From Cetorhinus maximus (taxonomy: Eukaryota), in assembly GCF_964194155.1 (NCBI RefSeq), contig NC_135901.1:35960001-36024000 (forward strand): a stretch of 64,000 bases of DNA, given 5' to 3'. The position numbers were made by a program, and so were the translations under genes. The notes below the pieces were generated by a model. That model made no database searches, was not told where the DNA came from, and was given only the letters and a program-made list of their open reading frames with translations. Shown here one piece after another: positions 23,684 to 35,387 of this stretch (the first letter of the stretch is position 1; each line of letters starts with the position of its first letter).

Positions 23684-24650
23684 TGTAAACAAAATATCAT
23701 TTTTTTTCCCTTATTACTGTGGGATACTGTGAAGCAGGCTTGTGCGGACTGTGTGTAGGTTGTGTGTGTGTGCGATTAATTTATTTAGACTGATGACAGT
23801 CACACTGCAAGGTTTATATCATGAAAATAATTAGGTGTAAAAGCAGACATTTTTGAAGTGGAGGTGAGTGAGCTAAGATGGGATATCAGTAGATACAACA
23901 TGAATAGGAATTTGCATTGGGAGATAAATGAGGAGCTGAATTTTTAGCTATTGAATTTTAAAGAGAGAAAAAAGGAAGTCTTCCAACTGGCAAAGAGCAC
24001 AAATAAATAAAGCAAAGTTATTAAGTTTATTTTTCCCTAAAGTAGTGACCATAAAAACAGCATGAAAGTTTTTAGATTCTGGGAAAGGTAACCTTCAAAT
24101 TAAAATTTAAAAACATTGGGTATATGAGGGGTTTGGCCATGTGATCTTGAAGAGTGTGCCATGTGAACACAGTCCTATGAAGGAAGCAGCTTCTCACCAC
24201 CCCAGAGAAGTGTCTGGTTGTTCCAGAAAGCTAAGTTTTCTTACAAGACTTGGATTTCCATTGTTGACTGAGAGGGAGAGAGAGAAGCTTGTGAAATACC
24301 TCCCTTATAGCAACAGTGGTGCCTTGTAGTAATATTACTGGATGTTTTACTGTTGTCTGGAAATGGGTGTTTATTTGTGAATCTAGCTAAGTAGAAATCT
24401 TTTGGGAAATGATATAAAACGAAAATTAACTGTGTAACTGTAATTTTATGTGTTTAAGTTTTCTTCCGTTAATAAATATTTTAAGTTAATATTTAAAATC
24501 CCCAAAAGCGGTAATGGAATCTTTACTTCTGACTTCAGTACACATACCTTCTTGAAATAAATACAAACTGCAAATTTGTTGTGATAGCCTGACCAAGTTT
24601 CCCTTTGGGATTTGGTCAGCCTGGCAAATACCACCTGCCATATCATAACA
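23684..24650. mobile_element. Solo LTR (Gypsy-like, 967 bp)
   Basis: TGTAAAC...ATCATAACA termini flanked by 4-bp TSD CAGG at 23680-23683 and 24651-24654; AATAAA at 24471. Confidence 0.7.
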
Positions 24651-25284
24651 CAGGGGGAAGCAGCAAAGCAGCAATATTCCGGCCCCGCACTCTCCAATCA
24701 CCTACTGCCAGCAGAAAGCGGTGACTGTAGCTTCAATCAGTGGGTTACTGCCCATCCCTGAGACACAAGATACTCCAACCTGGGCCAAACCTCCCAATAC
24801 ACCGAGCATAGGCACAGGAAGATGCAGGTAGATTATATCCCTGTCACTAAACCTCCAAGCAGCATTTACAGAATGCCCAAGTGAGTCACAAATAAAAGAC
24901 ACACCAACTTTCTAAATCTTTTCACTGAAAAATCCATTCAATTTATTGAAAATCTGACTGTTGTGAATCTGAAAATGAGCACCATGGGGTTTGTGTTACT
25001 AAATGACTGGCTGTCCATTGTTTGTCTGTCAGGTTTGCAATTCAATTTTTGTTGGATATTGAAGTGAATCTCATTTCAAAATGAGGACACAAATCCAGGG
25101 ACAAATCCTGAGGAAAATGGATCACAGTGTTTGGAAGGAGGTGCAGCTAAGCAGCAGAAGCTGTGAATGATGCTATTGATGATTGAGTGGAAGCCCCTTG
25201 GGCTTCTGCTGGTCAATTTCCTTCTCTGCCATTTCATTCAGTCATCTCACTGTGAATACAGATATGGATATAACATCACCGATT

Positions 25285-25346
25285 GCCTGACTAACAGCCT
25301 GAATCATTTCATCTCAGGGTTGTGGGTTTGAGCCTCACATTGGGTG
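25285..25346 (+). pseudogene. tRNA-Lys(CTT)-derived pseudogene
   Basis: 3' half ATCTCAGGGTTGTGGGTTTGAGCCTCACATTGGGTG vs tRNA-Lys ATCTCAGGGTCGTGGGTTCGAGCCCCACGTTGGGCG; 5' GCCTGACTA vs GCCCGGCTA; D-arm partly deleted; T-run follows. Confidence 0.75.
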
Positions 25347-25779
25347 CTCTTTGTTTTTAAACTTTTCTCCTTTTCCAGGTGAACTCCAGCTCTCCATTCT
25401 TCCAGCAGTGTCACCCCTCAAAATGTGTCTTTCTCCATCCTGCTTTGTTACTATCACTGATTCAGAAACTGAAGAAGGGCACTATGACCACCCACCCCAG
25501 GGTCAGATACTAGCTGTGCAGCTTTAGGGCCTGAATAAGATCCAACAGGGGGTCCCCTCCTGTGTTCCACTGGACGGCAGCTGGGGTCAGTCTGAGGACC
25601 CGAATAAGAGTCACAGGAGCTGGAGAACTGAACCCAGCTAGAGTAGAGGGAGGGAGAAAACTGGGAGTGGAGGAAGGAAATGGTGGAGATGGTGTGATGC
25701 GTTTGAACTTCAGCTCAGGGAAGACGGAGAGTGTGTGAGATGGGTATTTACAGCTTTGGGGAACAAGAGAGAAAAAAGT

Positions 25780-25925
25780 GTTCCATAGAAACTAGAACTC
25801 TCTGTTCTGAATTTCTATCCTGTACTGACAGCGATGCCCTTTGTAAACTATTTGCAGGATATTGGAGGGAGAGGATTTTCAGTCAGGAGACTCCAAACAA
25901 AAACCTTGGCCTGATTTTACAGCAG
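25780..25925 (+). pseudogene. Orphan ZNF acceptor/head module
   Basis: TGAATTTCTATCCTGTACTGACAG..TTTGCAG|GATATTGGAGGGAGAGGATTTTCAG; no fingers follow. Confidence 0.55.
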
Positions 25926-26114
25926 CAGATCTCAAACAGAGGGTCGTGATTCCCAGTGAGGTGGGGGGCTGAGGAATTGGGGTTGTGAGCTCCGGGGCAG
26001 CAATGGGGTATTTGGAGCAGAGACTCAGCCCAGACAGTCCTGCCATCGGGTTCGAGGCTCCAGGACACGTGCGTTTCTTTTCCTGCCAGTGGTCCGGGTG
26101 TCAAGAGAATGAGG

Positions 26115-26398
26115 TTCAAGGCCAGCATTTATTGCCCATCCTTAATTGCCCATCCCTGATTGCCCTTGAGAAGGTAGTGAACTGTCTTCTTGAGCAGCTG
26201 CAGTCCATGTGGTGTAGGTACACCCGCAGTGCTGTTAGGGAGGGAGTACCAGGATTTTGACCCAGCGTTAGTGAAGGAACAGCGATATATTTCCAAGTCA
26301 GGATGGTGAGTGACTTGGAGGGAAACTTGCAGGTGCTGGTGTTCACATGGATCTGCTGCCCTTGTCCTTCTAGATGGTAGTGATCATGGGTTTGTAAA
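26115..26398 (-). mobile_element. LINE family A 3' end
   Basis: Same 3' sequence as 9190-9440, in reverse orientation. Confidence 0.75.
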
Positions 26399-26665
26399 GT
26401 TCTCTGAAAGAAGCACCATGAACTCCTCACACTTGTTGGAGGTGAAGATGGAGGAAGCAGAGGAGAGGGAGAGCCCTTCAAAAGGAACTAACTTGTGTTA
26501 GAGATGTTAAAAGATTCAACACACTGTATTTAGCACAAAGCTGATTTATTTGACTTTTATACAGAATATTAACACCTATAGCTGGGCTGGGGTATATTAA
26601 CATTAGCAGAAACAGACCCCAATGCACAAGGTTCAGTCCTGAATGTGATTAACAGCAAAATCCAA

Positions 26666-27460
26666 TCATTGGAGTTGCTTGTGAACTCGCTGGTGTCTCA
26701 GCAGGTGGGATGACCGAGCAAATTCCTTCCCACACTCTGAGCAGGTGAACGGCCTCTCCCCAGTGTGAATTCGCTGGTGTGCAGTGAGGTCAGATGATCG
26801 CCTGAACCCAGTCATACAATGAGAGCACCTGAATGGTCTCTCATCAGTGTGAACACGTTGATGGGATATCAGTTCCCAAGAACTTTTAAAACACTTCCCA
26901 CAGTCTGGACATTTAAAAGGTCTCTCCCCAGTGTGAACCCGCTGGTGCTTCAGCAGGGTGGATGAATGAGTGAATCCCTTCCCACACACGGAGCAGATGA
27001 ATGGTCTCTCCCCAGTGTGAACTCGCTGGTGTGTAATGAGGTGAAATGATCTCTTGAACCCAATCCCACAGTGAGAGCACCTGAATGATTTCTCATCAGT
27101 GTGAACGCGTTGATGGGACATCAGGTTCCCAGAACTTTTATAGCACTTCCCGCAGTCTGGACATTTAAAAGGTCTCTCATCAGTGTGAACTCGCTGGTGT
27201 TTTAGCAGGGTGGATGAATGAGTGAATCCCTTCCCACACTCGGAGCAGGTGAACGGTCTCTCCCCAGTGTGACTACGTCGATGTGTTTCCAGGTCAGATG
27301 GGGATCTGAAACCCTTCCCACAGTCCCCACATTTCCATGGCTTCTCTCTGTTGTAACTGCATTTATGTTTTGACAGGCCAGATGATTGGCTGAAGCCTCG
27401 TCCACACAGAGAGCACGTGTACAGTTTCTCCCCACTGTGAATGGTGCTTTTTCCTTCCAT
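26666..27460 (-). CDS. C2H2 zinc-finger protein, intact (264 aa; 8 canonical fingers plus 1 degenerate), no effector domain
   Basis: Uninterrupted ORF from [15 protein letters not shown]; acceptor TTTCACAG at ~27570; AATAAA (minus) 26545-26550; promoter P4 upstream. Confidence 0.88.
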   Translation of the reverse strand: MEGKSTIHSGEKLYTCSLCGRGFSQSSGLSKHKCSYNREKPWKCGDCGKGFRSPSDLETHRRSHTGERPFTCSECGKGFTHSSTLLKHQRVHTDERPFKCPDCGKCYKSSGNLMSHQRVHTDEKSFRCSHCGIGFKRSFHLITHQRVHTGERPFICSVCGKGFTHSSTLLKHQRVHTGERPFKCPDCGKCFKSSWELISHQRVHTDERPFRCSHCMTGFRRSSDLTAHQRIHTGERPFTCSECGKEFARSSHLLRHQRVHKQLQ

Positions 27461-27779
27461 GTTCAAAAGCTGATGATATTCAGGTTACAATAAACTGGGC
27501 AACTCTGTCAGATCCTGATGTGATGTTTGCTTTCAGTTTCCCGACTGCAAATCCTCCCCTTCTAGTATTCTGTGAAACTGATTTCAAACAGAAAAAAAAA
27601 GAGTGAGAGAGAACCCACAAAAACTCAAAGGCAGGTTGTGAAATTGAGCTGAATGAATCTGGTAATCTGTGGGGCCAGCACGAGGAAAAAGTGACCATGA
27701 AAACTGCTGATTGTCATAAAAACCCAACTGGTTCACTCATGTCCTTCAGGGAAGGGCAGCTTCTACACAGTCTGTGCCC

Positions 27780-28610
27780 ACTCAAGATTCTGTCAACAAA
27801 TTTCAAAATTGTGCCTGAACACCAAGGTCTCGGTCATTTATACCTGTTAAGAAGAGCAGGGTTCCTAACACTGACTCCTGGGGAACTCCACTATAAATCT
27901 TCTTTCAGTCTGAAAAACATCCATTAAACACTCACTCAGCCAAATTCATATCCATGTTGCTGCTGTCCCTTTCATTCCTTGAGCTATGACTGCTATTCCA
28001 ACACCTCCTCCTTATCAATTTTAAACGCCACAAGTGCCTGAACTACCTCCTCTTTCAGCATGTCCTATGCAGTATCTTCTTGCTTGGAAATGACAGGTGC
28101 AAAATATTCATTTAATGCCTCATCCATGCCCCCTGCCTCCATGTGCAAATTGTCCCTTTGGTTCCTAATCAGCCCCACTCCTCCTTTTACCACCCTGCTC
28201 CTTTTTATAAGCCGACACAAGACACTTTGATTTCCTCCTATATTAGCTGCCAGTCTCTTTCCATACACCCTCTTTGCTTCTCTTATTTGTATTTTCAATT
28301 CCCCTCTGAACCTTCTATATTCAGCCTGGTTCTTGGTTTTTTATCTACTTGACTTCTGTCATTAGCACATATATTCACCTCCATCTGAATCTTTATCTCT
28401 TTTATCATCGAGGGAGCTCCAGATTTGTTTGCCCTATCTTTTCCGCTCTGGGGGAATATCCCTTTACTGTGTCTAAACTATTTCTTCTTTAAAGACAACC
28501 GAGTGCTTAGTTCCAGTTTTTCCTGACAACCTTTGATTCCAGTTTACCTGAGTCGGGTCCATTCTTAAACCATTGAAATTGGCTTTCCCCAGTAAATTAT
28601 TCCTACTTCT
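27780..28610 (-). mobile_element. CR1 LINE fragments (intronic)
   Basis: IREAKRVYGKRLAANI..EALNEYFAPV. Confidence 0.65.
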
Positions 28611-28936
28611 TCCTTAAATCTTTACCCACAGACAGAAAAGATTAACTGTTTACCTCCCAGATTCGAAGTATGATAATATTCAGGTCCTGATGAACCGAGC
28701 GACTCTGTCAGATCTTGATGTGATGTTTGGTTTGAGTTTTCCGTCTGTCAATCTCCTGTAAATATCCTGTAAAAGAAAGTTACAAAATCCATCACTGTCA
28801 GTCCAAGATTAGAAATTGAGAAGAGACAAACATTTCTTTTGGCTTGAGTTTGCTGTCTGTAAATCCTCCCCTTCTCACGCCCTATCAAAGGAGTTTCCAA
28901 AATCCATCCCTGTCAGTTCAGGATAGAAATGCACAA

Positions 28937-29195
28937 CAAAAACAAAAATACCTGGAAAAACTCAGCAGGTCTGGCAGCATCTACGGAGAGGAACACAGTT
29001 AACGTTTCGAGTCCGAATGACCCTTCAACAGAACTAAGTAAAATCCTATATTTACTTAGTTCTGTTGAAGGGTCATTCGGACTTGAAACGTTAACTGTGT
29101 TTCTTTCCGCAGATGCTGCCAGACCTGCTGAGTTTTTCCAGGTATTTTTGATTTTGTTTTGGATTTCCAGCATCCGTAGTGTTTAGCTGTTATCT
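28937..29195. mobile_element. Non-autonomous Penelope-like hairpin insertion
   Basis: Arms 28943-29042 and 29051-29150 are reverse complements (4 mismatches by eye); 13-bp TSD TAGAAATGCACAA at 28924-28936 and 29196-29208; empty site at ~13980-13992; hammerhead-like motif in each arm. Confidence 0.85.
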
Positions 29196-29219
29196 TAGAA
29201 ATGCACAATATTCTCTCCT

Positions 29220-29700
29220 CCTGCTACCTGGACCATGGTGCCCGCGCATGCGCCCTGCTGCACATTGCCATATAAATTTGGAGGCCGCGCAAGCGCTCTG
29301 GCGCCCCTTGCCCCTATAAAGATGGCGGCTGTTAACTCGGGCCGGTCGCCGAGGGAGTTGCGGCCGCAGCTGCCGTCGTCCCGTCCGGTACAACCGCGAG
29401 GTCTGTAGCTTCATTTCGCGCTTTCAGGCCTCCTCTGGGTGATTTGTGAAGCCTCCCTGCCCATTCCGCCGCCTCCATCCTCTCCACTCACCAGCTCCAT
29501 TCACTCGCCTGTTTTCGCCATTTCTCGGCCCCTTCGAACAGCAACAAGTAAAAGACTTTACTGCACATGCGCCGTTCAGAGACCGCACTGCGCATGTTCC
29601 AGTTACTGTCTCGCTCCGCCTGCGCATGATGTCCTATAATGAAGATAGGGCACATTATGTTCCCCGTTGTATGCTGGGTAAAGCTGCAGCCATTGAATGC
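29220..29700 (-). promoter_or_regulatory. CpG-rich ZNF promoter cassette P4 (paralog of P2)
   Basis: Dense CpG; GCGCATGCGC 29244-29253, AAGATGGCGGC ~29320, TGCGCATG-type motifs at 29562-29628. Confidence 0.72.
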
Positions 29701-29839
29701 CCATTTTGTTTCAAAGAATATTTTTTTTTTCAATCCAGTGACGATTGGAGGCACAGGGCCAAGATATAAACTTGTTACGTCGATTCAAATATCAATCAAA
29801 ATGCACTGGCCTTCCACCATAGTTCTGTCCTGGGTGTAA

Positions 29840-30140
29840 TTAACAACAGAACAAATATCTAGTTAGATGTCAACTCACTGCAGTCTCAGCAGGCGGCATG
29901 AATAAGTGATTTTTCTTCCCTTTCACAGGACATTTCAACTCCGTCTTGTCAGTAAGAATGTAGGAATTGTGCATCAAATCCCTGGAACTTTTAAAATTGG
30001 AGTGTTAACAGGTGGGCAAAATGAGTAACTCCCTTCGAAGACATGAAGTATTTGAATAGCCCTCTCTCTGGTGTGACTGTGCTGACGTGTCAGTAAATGG
30101 GATGACTGAGTGAATCCCTTTCCACATTCAGCTGGTGAAT
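29840..30140 (-). pseudogene. Highly decayed ZNF 3' remnant
   Basis: Minus strand encodes [23 protein letters not shown] at 30060-30130; shorter paralog at ~14570-14715. Confidence 0.6.
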
Positions 30141-31419
30141 GATCTTATCAAAGTGTGATTTTACCCATGAGTTTCCAACTCACACTGGGATCTCAAACCC
30201 TTCTGAAAATGAGTTCTACATCCTCAACCATCCAAAGTTAGAGAAAATCAGGTGTTGTAAATCTGAAAAAGTAACAGAAAATGCCAGAATTTCCAACAGA
30301 TCTGGTAGTGTGTATGGAGAGCTAAACATAGTTTACATTTCAGGACTATGACTTTCCATCAGAATTGCACTGCATCAGTGCACAGGCCTGAAAACTGAAC
30401 TCAGATCCTCAATCCACAGATGCTCCTTGATGTGCTGAGTATTTCCAGCACTTCCTGCTTAATCTCTGGTTAAAGCAGTTGTTCCCGATTTGTACAACAG
30501 ATTTATTATTTACATACAAACATAAAAACATGCGAATGAGGAACAGCAGGAGGCCATATGGCCCCTCGACCCTGCTCAGTCATTCAACAAAATCATGCTG
30601 AATTATTGTAACCTCAAATCCACATTCTCACCTACTTACTTTCACCACCTCGCTTATTAAGAATCTATCTGCCTCTGCCTTAAAAATTTTCAAATATTCT
30701 GCTTCCACCATTTTTTGAGGAAGAGAGTTCCAAAGACTCATGACCCACTGAGAGAAAAAAAAATCTCATCATCTCTGTCTTTCTTCTCATCCATCCACAA
30801 GTGGAGACATCTTCCACTTATCTGCCCCGTCAAACCCTTTCATTATCTTAAAGGTCTCGTTCAGGCCATCCCTCACTCTTATTACCGAGGCAACACATTT
30901 TCAACCAGTTCAATCTTTATTGATTGATATAGCTTTTCATTTCTGGCATAATTCCAGTCAATCTTATTAGCACCTTCCCCAGTGCTTCGTGATCCATCTT
31001 ATAATATGGAGACAGCTAATCTGAGCATCAACATCACTATTGTCCCAAATTCCCGTTAGTTGGGAGGATCAGAATCACAATGGGAGAGGGGACTGTGGTT
31101 TCGAGCTGTTATTCACCATCCTCTATTTCAGCCATTCTCCCATTAGCTGAAAATAATATGAGATGAAATGACCTGATCCAAGGAGCCGCTCTGTAACATT
31201 ATGAATCATCTACAAAGTTGTCTCTCACCTTGACAGTGCAACAGAGCGCAGTTTTCATTCTAAATCCACCAATTATACCATTAAGAATACCTGTCAGAGA
31301 ATGACTAGATTTCAGCACGGGGCCATTGGAAAGCTCAGGTAACATGATTTCCAAGCAGTGAGGAGATGAATTCGCAATTCATGTGCACCTTATTTGTACG
31401 TTTTCCAGTTTTAAAAAAA

Positions 31420-32780
31420 ATTCATTTGTGGGATGTGGGTGTCAATGACGAAACCAGCATTTATTGCCTATCCCTAATTGCCACTGAGCTGCTGGTGTGG
31501 AGCCGCCTTCTTGAACCACTACTGTCCCTGTTGTGTAGGTACACCCACAGTTCTGTTAGGATTTTGACCCAGTGACAGTGAAGGGATGGCGATATATTTC
31601 CAATTCAGGGTGGTGAGAGACTTGAAGGGGAACTTCCAGGTGGTGGTGTTCCCATATTTCTGCTGCCCTTGTCCTTCTAAATGTTAGCGGTTGTGTGTTT
31701 GGAAGGTGCTGGTTAAGGAGCCTTGGTGAGTTGCTGCAGTGCACCTTGTAGATGGTTCACAGAGCTGCCACTGTTCGTCGGTGGTGGAGGGAGTGAATGT
31801 TTGTGGATGTGGTGCCAATCAAGCAGGCTGCTTTGTCCTGGATGGTGTCAAGCTTCTTGAGTGTTGGAGCTGCACTCATCCAGGCAAGTGAAGGGTAATC
31901 CATCACACTTCTGACTTGTGCATGTCGGTGGTGCACAGGCTTTGGTGAGTTAGAAGGTTAGTTACTCATCGGACGATTCCTAGCCTCTCACCTGCTCTTG
32001 TAGCCACAGTATTTGTATGGTGAGTCCAATTCAGTTCCTGATCGATGGTAACCCCCTGGATGTCGATAGTGTGGGATTCAGTGATAGTAATGACATCGAA
32101 CATCAGGGGGCAATGGTTAGATGCTCTCTTGTTGGAGATGGTCATTGCCTGAAACTTGTGTGGCGCGAATGTTACTTGCCACTTGTCAGCCCAAGCCTGG
32201 ATATTGTCCAGGTCTTGTTGCATTTGGACATGGACGGCTTCAGGATCTGAGGAGTCGTGAATGGTGCAGAACATTGTGCAATCATCAATGAACATCCCCA
32301 CTTCTGACCTTATGTTGGAAGGAAGGTCTTTGATGAAGCATCTGAAGATGGTTGGGCCGAGGACACTACGCTGAGGAACTCCTGAGGTGGTGTCCTGCAC
32401 TGAGACGACTGACCTCCAACAACCACAACCATCTTCCTTTGTGCACAGTATGACTCCAACCAGCAGAGAGTTTTCCCCCTGATACCCATTGACCCCAGTT
32501 TTTCTCGGTCTCCTTGATGCCACACACAGTCAAAGACTCCCTTGATGTCAAGGCAGCTACTCTCACTGCACCCCTGGAGTTCAGCTGTTTTGTCCATGTT
32601 TGAACCAAGGCGGAAATGAGGTCAGAAGCTGAGTGAAACTGGCAGAACCAAATCTGAGCATCAGTGAGCTGGTTATTGCTAAGCACGTGCCGCTTGATAG
32701 CACTGTTGATGACTCCTTCCATCACTTTACTGATGACGGAGAGTAGACTGATGGGGCGGTAATTGGCCGGGTTGGATTTA
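31420..32780 (-). mobile_element. LINE family A, RT plus 3' end
   Basis: GVPQRSVLGPTIF..GMFIDDCTMF..AWADKWQVTFAPHK. Confidence 0.88.
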
Positions 32781-33204
32781 TAGTTGCATTGAGTCTATCA
32801 ATTTCCATCTTGAATCTCAAGTTGAAGAGCGATAGACTCAGTGTATAAAATCACACAGTGCAGAAGAGGCCCTTCAGCCCATCGAGTCAGGTGAGAAACA
32901 CCAGCACTTGGCCCATAGCCTTGAATGTTATGATGTGCCAAGTGCTCATCCGGGTACTTTTTAAAGGATGTGAGGCAACCCGCCTCCACCACCCACCCTC
33001 TGGGTAAAAACGTTTTTCCTCACATCCCCATAAATCTCCTGCCCCTCACCTTGAACTTGTCTAGATATTTGGACACGAAGGGAATTAATGGGTATGGGGA
33101 TAGGGTGGCGAAGTGGAGATGAGGTGGATGATCATTTAATGGTGCAGTAAGTACAATGCGTGTATAGCCTACCCATGCTCCTATTCCTTGTGTTCTTATG
33201 AACA

Positions 33205-33975
33205 TCACTGTGTATCATTTCCATGAAAGCCCAGCAGATGCAGCAACCACCTTTTCACCTCCACCCCATGTCCCAGAGCCCCAGAAACAATCTCCAGGTG
33301 ACACAGCGATATACTTGTACTTCTTTGTATTTTGTATTGTGTATTCACTGTTCACGATGTGGTCTCCTCTTTGCTGAGGAAACAAAATCCCGATTGGGTG
33401 ACTGTTCTGTAGACGAATAGCAGTCTGCAAGTGTGGTCCAGAGCTTCTGATTATTTACCTGTTTGTTTCTCCACTGCACTCCAGCTCTGATCTCTCTGTC
33501 CTCGTCCTGCTGCACTGTTCAAATGAAGCTTCATGGAAGCTCGAGGAACAGCAGCTCATGTTCCAGTTCGGGTCTTTACAATATTCCAGACTCAACATTC
33601 ACTTGAATAATTTTTGACCTCATTCTCTTCAGACAGTAGGTGCTGGTACATGTTCTGCTGTTACCATTTATACCTCCTCTGGGCCTGTCTTCTGTTTCTT
33701 CACTTCACCCATCAGTTTATTTCCTTATATAATCATCACCAAATGTTGCCTCGCACCATCATCCCCTTTGTCATTTAATCACTCCATCCTTCCATCTTAT
33801 CACATGACTGTTTGTTCTTTCCCTCTCCTTTCCCTGACTCTGTTCATTTTTGTAAGCTTTTAAATCTCTAAATTCTTCCAGTTTGGATAAAAGGTCACCG
33901 ACCTGAAACATTCACTCTGTTTCCCTCTCCATCAAAGCTGTTTGACCTGCTGAGAGTTCACAACATTTTCTATTT
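33205..33975 (+). mobile_element. Degraded Penelope-like element (GIY-YIG end plus terminal repeat)
   Basis: QVTQRYTCTSLYFVLCIHCSRCGLLFAEETKSRLGD; degenerate TTGGATAAAAGGTCACCGACCTGAAACATT terminal motif near 33890. Confidence 0.7.
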
Positions 33976-34142
33976 TGAGTACCTTGTTTTTGGGGTCACA
34001 GTGGATCAGTTTTCTCTGAATTATCGTTGCCTGTTTAAAGGTGAAGAAGGGGCTTTTACAGAATGAGACAATAACTGTCCCCCTGTTCGACATGAAACTA
34101 AACTCACTGTTAATTCCTCCTCAGTAACAATTGTAAACACAA

Positions 34143-34214
34143 AGCTTCCAGCCGGGATTGAACCGGGGACTTTCTCATGTAAAGTAAAGGTGATAATCAG
34201 TGCACTAGAGAAAT
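34143..34214 (-). pseudogene. tRNA-Val(TAC)-derived pseudogene, copy 3
   Basis: Same relic; B-box GGTTCAATCCC retained. Confidence 0.8.
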
Positions 34215-34349
34215 GAGTGTGAATCCCCCCCCCCCGGACAGAGGGGAACTGACCATCCATCTCTAGCTCTAATTCCCAAACAGAAAATGCTGCCAAGAAT
34301 CAGCAAGTCAGGCTGAGTCTGTGGCCACTCTCACCATTTGAAACAGTCA

Positions 34350-34785
34350 CAATGCCCGGCTGATTGACGGCAGCTCCGGACCAATAGGAAGCAGGGGGCG
34401 TGACTGGAGGACCGAACGGGAGCAGCTGGTCCTCCAACCATTCGGAATGAACGAGGGGCGGGGCCGGGCTGGGAGTGAAGCATGCGCAGTGTGAGGAATG
34501 GCGATGGAGAGATGTTTGTTTTTCTAATCCGGAATCGGTGAGGAAGTGAATGGCGGGTCGGAGGGAGTGATGGGTCCGGCGTGTGGGCGGGGAGGCTTCG
34601 TAAACATATTCTGTGAACCGCAAACCCAGAAAAATAACTTCCCAGTCTCCAGGGGACCGTCTCCCCATTTGCACCGAGCGAGGCCGCTGCTTTCTCCCAG
34701 TTACAGACACTGGGTAACGGCCGCCATCTTTATTGGGGGCAATGTGCATCAGGGCGCATGCGCGACCGCCATCTTTATATGGGGC
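34350..34785 (+). promoter_or_regulatory. CpG-rich ZNF promoter cassette P5
   Basis: CCAAT at 34381, GC box ~34455, GCATGCGCA, two CCGCCATCTT motifs (34721, 34766) flanking GCGCATGCGC. Confidence 0.7.
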
Positions 34786-35000
34786 AAAAACAGAATGTTG
34801 GGAAACTTCAGTATGTCTGACAGCATCTGTGGAGAGAGAGACAGTTAACGTCTCTTCAGAGATGAAGAGAAGAAATATCATGGACTTCATACTGTTTAAG
34901 AGGGGTGGAGCAGGTGAAAGATAATATTCAGGTCCTGATGAATCGAGTGACTCTGTCCAATCTTGATGTGATGTTTGGTTTGAATTTCCCATCTGCAAAT

Positions 35001-35335
35001 ACTCACCAAGGCTCCTTAGGCAGCACTTTCCAAACTTACTACCACTACCATCTAGAAGGACAAGGGCAGCAGATAGATGGGAACACCACCACCTGGAAGT
35101 TCCCCTCCAAGCCACTCATCATCCTGACTTGGATGATATCACTTGGATATCACTATTCCTTCACTGCCGCTGGGTCAAAATCTTGGAACTCCCTTCCTAA
35201 CAGCACTGTGAGTGTACCTACACCACATGGACTGCATGGTTCAAGAAGGCAGCTCAGCACAACCACCTCGAGGACAATGAGGCATGGGCAATAAATGCTG
35301 GCCTAGCCAGCGATGTTCACATCCCATGAATGAAC
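35001..35335 (+). mobile_element. LINE family A 3' end inserted in an inverted head module
   Basis: Splits the minus-strand head module 34920-35000 / 35345-35380. Confidence 0.7.
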
Positions 35336-35387
35336 AAAAAAAATGCTGTAAAAAGGAGATTATTAAAAAATCCATCACAGTCCAAAA

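Noticed and set aside
28913-29186. Two similar ORFs on opposite strands
   Set aside because: Consequence of the palindrome, not protein-coding evidence
29660-29682. ZNF143/Staf-like site (TTTACCCAGCATACAAC on the minus strand)
   Set aside because: Imperfect match and only partly kept in paralog P2; too weak without a matrix scan
34300-35115. 271-aa minus-strand ORF
   Set aside because: Chance read-through of LINE, head module, Penelope-like piece and GC-rich promoter
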